Under the pieces are notes generated by a model. It searched no databases. It worked only from the letters and a program-made list of their open reading frames with translations, and was not told where the DNA came from. Below are positions 57,960 to 64,000 of a stretch of DNA of 64,000 bases, piece by piece. Numbering within the stretch: position 1 is the first letter of the stretch; every line of letters begins with the position of its first letter. Made by a program: the position numbers and the translations under genes. Source of the stretch: an uncultured delta proteobacterium (lineage in GTDB: Bacteria; Desulfobacterota; RBG-13-43-22); NCBI GenBank assembly GCA_963711835.1, contig CAVQFQ010000004.1:224001-288000 (forward strand). The letters are read 5' to 3'.

Positions 57960-59939
57960 TTGTTAAAAAAACTTTTTGAACCCCTTCCCATAGGCCCCAT
58001 CACCCTTTCCAACCGCATTGTCATGCCTGCTCTGGGGACGAACTTTGCCGGTTCAAAAGGCGAAGTTACCCCGCGATTAATCCATCACTACCAGGCCCGG
58101 GCCGCCGGGGGAGCCGGTTTGATCATCGTCGAGGGTACGGCGGTCCACCAAACCGGGAGGGGCTTTCTCTATCAGTTATCAATTGATCGGGATGAACTGA
58201 TTCCTTCCCTGAAACAACTGGTTCAGGCCGTCCAGGGACAGGGAGCCAAGATCTTTATCCAATTGCATCATGGCGGCCGGAACACCAACTCCCGGATTTC
58301 AGGGACCCAGCCCTGGGCCCCTTCCGCCGTCCCCAGTCCCGTGGGTCAGGAAACCCCCAAGGCCATGACCCTGGAAGAAATTCAGGAGATTATCCGGGCC
58401 TTTCTTGAGGGAGCCCGAAGGGCAAGGGAAGCGGGTTTCGACGGGGTGGAGCTTCATGGAGCCCACGAATATCTTCTGAGCCAGTTCTTGTCCCCTTACA
58501 GCAATTTCCGTCAGGACGCCTACGGGGGAAGCCTGGAAAACCGTTTACGCCTGTCCCGGGAAATTATCCAGGGGATCCGAAAAGAACAGGGGGAGAAGTT
58601 TCTGATTTCCTTTCGCCTCAGCGGGGATGAGATGGTATCCAAAGGCATGCACCTTCCGGAGTCCCTGAAAGCCGCCCGGGCCCTGACCGGCTATGGGGCC
58701 GATCTGATTAATGTTTCCGGAGGGGTATATGAAACCCCGCACCTTATTATCCCTCCTGCCCCTTTTCCCCAGGGGGTCCACATCCCTCTGGCAGAGGCCA
58801 TAAAAAAGGCCCTTTCTGTTCCGGTGATCGGGGTGGGCAGAATAATCCACCCGGAGTTTGCCGAAGCCGTCCTCAATTCGGGGCAGGCCGATCTGGTGGC
58901 CATCGGCCGGGGTTTGATTGTCGATCCTGAATGGCCCCAAAAAGCCCGAACCGGCAGCTTCGAGGATATCCGGTTCTGCGTGGGCTGCAACCAGGGCTGC
59001 ATCGATTTTTTGATGGCCGAGCGGCCCATAACCTGCCTTTACAATCCGGGTGTAGGTAAAGACCGGGAATTCAGTTTGCTTCCCGCCCGCCACCCCGGCA
59101 CCATGGTTGTGGTTGGTGCGGGCCCGGCCGGACTCGAAGCCGCCGTGACCTTAGATGAGATGGGCCACCGGGTCTATTTGTTCGAAAAACGGGATCGCCT
59201 TGGGGGGCAGGTCGGAACGGCCCTGATCGCACCGGGCAAATCCGAATTCCAGGAAATAATTCGCTACTACCAGAGGAAGTTGGAGAAATCCGGGATCCAG
59301 CTTTTTCTGAATACCAAGCCGACCATTGAAACCATCCTGGACCTGACCCCTGATTTTGTGGTGATTGCCACCGGTTCAATGCCGGTCGATCCCGACCTTC
59401 CCGGCCTGCAAGGGAAAGAGGTGCTTTCCATTGAAACCGCCCTGACCCAGCCGGAAAAAGTAGGGGAGAAAGTGGTGGTTTTAGGAGGGGGAAACGCCGG
59501 CTGTGAAGTGGCGGACTATTTATCTCTGTCGGGCCGGAAAGTCACCATCATGGAAATGGGCAACCGGATGGCCCGGGATGTCGGTCCGGCCAGACGGTAC
59601 CTCCTTATGCGGCGCCTTCGGGAGAACAAAGTCAAAAATTTTATCCGCTGCCGTATCAAGTCGCTTTCTTCCGGTCAAGTCACTTATATCAGAGAGGAAA
59701 AAGATGGCCACCGTTCCATGAGGACTTTGAACGGTCAGGATACCTTCGTCAATGCCCTGGGGGTGAAGTCGAACGATATTCTGGCCGCACCGTTAAAAGC
59801 AAGGGGAATTCAAATAGATATCATCGGGGACGCCTTAAGTCCGGGCAAAATTTTGGATGCCGTGGCCGAGGGGGCCCGGGTCGCCAGAGAGATTTACGGA
59901 AAAATGGAAGCCAAAAATAAGGCCAACAAAAACACTTGA
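57960..59939 (+). CDS. NADH:flavin oxidoreductase (OYE / 2,4-dienoyl-CoA reductase family, 4Fe-4S)
   Basis: NRIVMP, QLHHGGR, GFDGVELHGAHEYL, CVGCNQGC...C, GAGPAG, GGGNAG. Confidence 0.9.
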   Translation: MLKKLFEPLPIGPITLSNRIVMPALGTNFAGSKGEVTPRLIHHYQARAAGGAGLIIVEGTAVHQTGRGFLYQLSIDRDELIPSLKQLVQAVQGQGAKIFIQLHHGGRNTNSRISGTQPWAPSAVPSPVGQETPKAMTLEEIQEIIRAFLEGARRAREAGFDGVELHGAHEYLLSQFLSPYSNFRQDAYGGSLENRLRLSREIIQGIRKEQGEKFLISFRLSGDEMVSKGMHLPESLKAARALTGYGADLINVSGGVYETPHLIIPPAPFPQGVHIPLAEAIKKALSVPVIGVGRIIHPEFAEAVLNSGQADLVAIGRGLIVDPEWPQKARTGSFEDIRFCVGCNQGCIDFLMAERPITCLYNPGVGKDREFSLLPARHPGTMVVVGAGPAGLEAAVTLDEMGHRVYLFEKRDRLGGQVGTALIAPGKSEFQEIIRYYQRKLEKSGIQLFLNTKPTIETILDLTPDFVVIATGSMPVDPDLPGLQGKEVLSIETALTQPEKVGEKVVVLGGGNAGCEVADYLSLSGRKVTIMEMGNRMARDVGPARRYLLMRRLRENKVKNFIRCRIKSLSSGQVTYIREEKDGHRSMRTLNGQDTFVNALGVKSNDILAAPLKARGIQIDIIGDALSPGKILDAVAEGARVAREIYGKMEAKNKANKNT

Positions 59940-59964
59940 CAAGCTTAAATCCTTGGAGCATATT
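59936..59964 (+). promoter_or_regulatory. Sigma70-type promoter for the IHF gene
   Basis: TTGACA-17-CATATT. Confidence 0.45.
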
Positions 59965-60075
59965 AAAATCCGTTTTAAATTAGATGGGTTAAGTCAGGTA
60001 AGGACCAACGGTCAAAAACTCTCGGGGGATTTCAATCGGGTCTGAAGGGTCCCGATAAAGGAAAGGAGATTACCT

Positions 60076-60363
60076 ATGGCCCTGACCAAGGAAAAGATTA
60101 TTGCCTCGGTCTATGAGACGATCGGCTTTAGTAAAAGCCAGTCGCGGGATGTGGTGGAACAATTATTGGAAATTATGAAAAAAGGTCTGGCCAGTGAAGA
60201 GAATGTCTTGATCAGCGGTTTCGGCAAGTTCGTGGTAAAAAGGAAAAGGTCCCGACGGGGCCGGAATCCCCAGACCAACCAGGACCTGCAACTCAAGGCC
60301 AGGAAAGTAGTGGTCTTTAAGACCTCCGGGGTGTTGCGTAAAAAGATTAATGAGGGCGGCTAA
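60076..60363 (+). CDS. ihfA: Integration host factor alpha subunit
   Basis: MALTK, ISGFGKF, RGRNPQT, VVFKTSGVL. Confidence 0.88.
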   Translation: MALTKEKIIASVYETIGFSKSQSRDVVEQLLEIMKKGLASEENVLISGFGKFVVKRKRSRRGRNPQTNQDLQLKARKVVVFKTSGVLRKKINEGG

Positions 60364-60416
60364 AGAGAACTGGTTCGGCCTTTCCTGACCCTGAGAGCCT
60401 TAACCTTTACTGCCTT

Positions 60417-61235
60417 TTACTGGGCAATGACCATGACTTGGCTAAACCCTTTTCCCTCTAATTCCTTTTGTAAACGAAGTGCTTCCTGAAGTTGACCGGA
60501 GCTGTTGACCCGGACCCGGAAAAAGGTATCTCCTGAACGATCCGTTTGCGAGATCTCCACCCTGGCATACTCTTTCAGAAGTCTGTCCTGCAGGCGTCGG
60601 GCATTTTGGAGTTCTTTAAAGGCCCCGACCTGAACGGTAAAATCTCCCAGTTGAAAATCAACCTGCTGAACCAAACGAGTGACTTTTTGCCCGTTCTCCT
60701 CCACCTCTTCCAAAATCCCTAAGGCTTCCAGTTCAATCCGGGTCGTACCCGGGCCGACCACGCCCAATTCCCGGGCACTCTTATAGGAGAGATCCAGGAT
60801 GCGCTCCTTTACAAAAGGCCCCCGATCATTTATGCGAACCAGGGTTTCCTTGTTATTAACCAGATTGCGCACCCGGACCTGGGTATTAAAGGGCAACAGG
60901 CGATGGGCGGCGGTGTCACCGTGCATGTCATAGATCTCCCCGGATGAAGTCGGTTTCCCATGAAAATCCGGACCATACCAGGAACAGACCCCTTGCTCCC
61001 GATAACCCTCCACCGAGGGGACCGGGAAATACCACTTCCCGTCAACGGCATAGGCTTTTTCTTTTCGATCCGTCTTTTTTACAACCGCCGGCGAGCTTTT
61101 AGGACTAGTCGCTGGGGCCGGGATCGACTGGGGAGCAGAGGTTGGACTCGAGGTCCGAAGGCCCTGCTTCGAACAGCCTGCCAGGAAAAAAATCGCCGAG
61201 AGAAGTAAGAATCCTTTAATATAAGCCAAACGCAT
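60417..61235 (-). CDS. rlpA: Septal ring lytic transglycosylase RlpA with SPOR domain
   Basis: Lipobox LAGC, SWYGPDFHG, TAAHRLLP, RINDRGPF, VQVGAF. Confidence 0.92.
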   Translation of the reverse strand: MRLAYIKGFLLLSAIFFLAGCSKQGLRTSSPTSAPQSIPAPATSPKSSPAVVKKTDRKEKAYAVDGKWYFPVPSVEGYREQGVCSWYGPDFHGKPTSSGEIYDMHGDTAAHRLLPFNTQVRVRNLVNNKETLVRINDRGPFVKERILDLSYKSARELGVVGPGTTRIELEALGILEEVEENGQKVTRLVQQVDFQLGDFTVQVGAFKELQNARRLQDRLLKEYARVEISQTDRSGDTFFRVRVNSSGQLQEALRLQKELEGKGFSQVMVIAQ

Positions 61236-61383
61236 GATACCTATATTAGCAAAATTGGCAGGTTCTTTCAAAATAATTTTAACTTTCCTTGTAATGGTGG
61301 TATGATAGCTGCCTCAAACAGCAACCAAAGGAATTCCATCCTAATCCCTCAACCAGATAGGTCGTCCCTATAAAGTCACCGGA

Positions 61384-62511
61384 ATGAAACCCTTCGAGAT
61401 CATTGGGGAGGAGGTTTTAAACAGCGTCATCCAAAGCATCAACGCCGCCGTCATCCTCCATGACCGGCGCTTGAAAGTCATTTTTATCAATGATTCCTTC
61501 GAAGAAATCTTCGAAATCAAAAAAGAGCAGGCCCTGGGAAAATCCCCTTTAGAGTTTTTACCCGATTTCGACCAGCGTCACAAAGACGCGATCGTAAACC
61601 GTCTACAGAACACATTGCTGACAGGGACCAAAAGCCCCGTTCACGAATTCACCTATTATACTCCTACCGGGAAATTGCATTATCTGACCGCCATCTCCAT
61701 TCCCATCTTTGATCCCTCGCAGCGGATCAGCCATGTCATGTCCATTGTCAGCGATCATACCAGCCAGAAAAAATTGGAGCGGGAACTTATCGAAGCCGCG
61801 AAGCTTTCCTCCGTTGCCGATATGGCCTATCCTCTGGCCCATGAAATAAATAACCCCTTAACCGGCATCAAGTTAGGGCTCTCCACCCTTTATCAAAGCC
61901 TTCAGAAAAAAGAAAATATCCATATTTTAGACGGTATCATGAAAGATCTGGGCCGCATTCAGAAAACGGTCCAGGCCTTTTTAAATGCCCAAAAGTCCCA
62001 ATACCGGCTAAAGATGAGGCATCAAGCCGTCATCAGAGAAATTATCGAGGAGGTCCTCTTTCACCTGGGCGGCCAATTGGATTTGCAGAGCATCCGGGTC
62101 AAAAAATCCTTTGCCAAAAAAGAGGCCAACCTCTTGATGGATCGCGACAAACTTTACCAGCTCTTTTTAAACCTGCTCCTCAATGCCATCCAGGCCATAC
62201 CGGATGGGGGCCAAATTACTATTTCCACCCAGATTAAAAAACTCACCAAGGCCCCGGACCGGAATCTGACCCATCTCTGCATCCTCCTCTCCGATAGCGG
62301 CACGGGCATTGAACCCCAGCATTTATCACAGATTTTTAAGCCTTTTTTTACTTCTAAATCCTTCGGAACGGGTCTGGGCCTTTCTATTTGCAAAGAAATT
62401 GTTGCCGCTCACAAGGGCTTTATTCAGGTCGATAGCCAGATGGGTAAGGGAACGGCCATCCGGATCTTTTTACCGGTTTTAAGAGAGGAAAGTCCAGACT
62501 CATGGAGATAA
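61384..62511 (+). CDS. PAS-domain sensor histidine kinase
   Basis: PAS, AHEINNPL, NLLLNAIQA, DSGTGI, GTGLGL. Confidence 0.92.
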   Translation: MKPFEIIGEEVLNSVIQSINAAVILHDRRLKVIFINDSFEEIFEIKKEQALGKSPLEFLPDFDQRHKDAIVNRLQNTLLTGTKSPVHEFTYYTPTGKLHYLTAISIPIFDPSQRISHVMSIVSDHTSQKKLERELIEAAKLSSVADMAYPLAHEINNPLTGIKLGLSTLYQSLQKKENIHILDGIMKDLGRIQKTVQAFLNAQKSQYRLKMRHQAVIREIIEEVLFHLGGQLDLQSIRVKKSFAKKEANLLMDRDKLYQLFLNLLLNAIQAIPDGGQITISTQIKKLTKAPDRNLTHLCILLSDSGTGIEPQHLSQIFKPFFTSKSFGTGLGLSICKEIVAAHKGFIQVDSQMGKGTAIRIFLPVLREESPDSWR

Positions 62512-63926
62512 CCCGAAGCATCATGATCGTTGATGATGAAGAAAATATCCGAAAATATCTCAGCCATTCTTTGACTCAGGACGGTTTCGAGGTCTATACC
62601 GCCCAATACGGCAAGGAAGGCCTTAACCTCCTGCTTCAAAAACAGATCGACCTGATTCTTCTGGACTTAAATCTTCCCGACATTAACGGCCTGGAAGTCC
62701 TGAGAGAAATAAAAAAAATGGACGTCCAATCCATCGTCGTCATCATCACCGCCTATGGGGATATCAGCAGCGCAGTCAATGCCATCAAACTCGGGGCTTA
62801 TGACTATCTGACCAAGCCTTTTGATTACAACGACATCAAAATCGTCATCAACAAAGCGCTGCAACTCATCAGCCTGGAGAATCGTATTGAAGTTTTGGAA
62901 AGACAGATCGATCGTTATCAATACGGAGAACTCATTGCCCGGAGCAAGAAGATGCATGATATCTTTGAGCTGGCCGACCGTATCGCCCAGACTCAGAGCA
63001 CGGTGATTATTTACGGTGAAACCGGTACCGGGAAGGAATTAATCGCTGCGCTGATTCACCGAAAAAGCCCCCGGGCCAAACTCCCTTTTGTAACCATTGA
63101 TTGCACTTCCCTGCCGGAAAATCTTTTGGAAAGCGAACTTTTCGGCCACGAGAAAGGGGCCTTTACCGGGGCCGTGGCCCTTAAACGGGGGCTATTTCAG
63201 GTGGCTCATGAAGGAACCATTTTTTTAGACGAGATTGGAGATCTGGACATCAAGCTCCAGGCCAAGATCCTGCGCATCCTCGAAACCAAAACCTTTCGCA
63301 GAGTGGGCGGTGAAAAATTCCTGGAAACCGATGTGCGCATCATTGCCGCCACCAATCGGGATTTGAAGCATCTGGTCGAAGAAGAACGATTCCGGCAAGA
63401 TCTTTATTATCGCCTGAATGTAGTTCCCGTCACCTTGCCTCCCCTGCGGGAACGGAAGGAGGATATCTTTCCTTTAATTGAATATTTTATTGAAATATTT
63501 AATAAAAAAATAGGAAGAAAAATATTTCATATTTCCAACGAGGCAGTCAAAGCCATGATCGAATATCCATGGCCGGGAAATATCCGGGAGTTAAAAAACG
63601 TGGTGGAACATGTGATTATCACCAGTCAACAGGAAAGCATCGGATTGGAAAATCTGCCCTTGGAAATCCGCCGCGAATCGAAGGACCATTATTTTCAGGT
63701 GCCGGCCCTGCCCTCGAGTGAATCCATACCCTGGCCCGATTTCCGAACCGCCAAGAAGAAGATCATAGAGGCCTTTGAATATAATTATTTTAAAAAATTA
63801 CTTGAAAAGAACAACGGCAATATTTCTGAATGCGCCCGAAATCTAAAAATGCAGCGCAGCAATTTTCAGAGGTTGATCAGGAAATATAAACTGAGTCATC
63901 ACCCCAAAGGGGTTCAGGGGTCTTGA
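62502..63926 (+). CDS. Sigma54-dependent response regulator (NtrC family)
   Basis: Receiver domain, GETGTGKE, ESELFGHEKGAFTGA, WPGNIREL, Fis-type HTH. Confidence 0.95.
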   Translation: MEITRSIMIVDDEENIRKYLSHSLTQDGFEVYTAQYGKEGLNLLLQKQIDLILLDLNLPDINGLEVLREIKKMDVQSIVVIITAYGDISSAVNAIKLGAYDYLTKPFDYNDIKIVINKALQLISLENRIEVLERQIDRYQYGELIARSKKMHDIFELADRIAQTQSTVIIYGETGTGKELIAALIHRKSPRAKLPFVTIDCTSLPENLLESELFGHEKGAFTGAVALKRGLFQVAHEGTIFLDEIGDLDIKLQAKILRILETKTFRRVGGEKFLETDVRIIAATNRDLKHLVEEERFRQDLYYRLNVVPVTLPPLRERKEDIFPLIEYFIEIFNKKIGRKIFHISNEAVKAMIEYPWPGNIRELKNVVEHVIITSQQESIGLENLPLEIRRESKDHYFQVPALPSSESIPWPDFRTAKKKIIEAFEYNYFKKLLEKNNGNISECARNLKMQRSNFQRLIRKYKLSHHPKGVQGS

Positions 63927-64000
63927 TTTCAAGGATTGTCCGCCAAAACGCCGGCAGCCTGAACCCGGGCAGGAAGTTTATAATGGGGTTTAGAAACAGG
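63898..64000. mobile_element. Family B element, copy B2 (truncated by the window edge)
   Basis: atcaccccaaaggggttcaggggtcttgatttcaaggattgtccgccaaaacgccggcagcc... matches B1 with about 3 substitutions. Confidence 0.85.

Noticed and set aside
57626-57960. oriC next to mnmG
   Set aside because: No cluster of DnaA boxes, and no rsmG, parAB or dnaA neighbours

Overview
Core-genome window from a GC-rich (roughly 55%) anaerobe; gene content and order point to Desulfobacterota (former deltaproteobacteria), which is an inference. From left to right it holds: an FN3-type lipoprotein, the arginine operon argBDFGH, xerC-hslVU, an orphan EF-G paralog, mog, an rpoH-like sigma factor with TPR and LolB-like genes, two LIV-type ABC transporter/acyl-CoA ligase operons (aromatic or fatty acid uptake), an ECF sigma/anti-sigma/periplasmic protein trio, a degraded mazF module, a cluster of two histidine kinases with three near-identical stand-alone receivers, rpsU, an RluA-family synthase, nagZ, a cobalamin uptake and salvage operon with two B12 riboswitches, an L,D-transpeptidase with an Lpp/OprI-like lipoprotein, mnmG, an OYE-family reductase, an IHF subunit, rlpA and a sigma54 two-component pair. 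About eight single-base frameshifts in conserved genes look like long-read homopolymer errors. The most unusual signals are non-coding or cassette-like. (1) A family of non-autonomous hairpin elements has six members (6.3, 26.7, 47.9, 54.7, 57.7 and 63.9 kb); its core is inverted in one copy relative to a fixed asymmetric flank and absent in another. (2) A GxxExxY nuclease-like gene sits between perfect 26-bp inverted repeats, with an ORF-less look-alike in the same operon. (3) A GAF kinase with a Cys-rich insert in its ATPase domain is linked to tandem receivers that have no output domain. No tRNA, rRNA, CRISPR array or transposase gene was seen.
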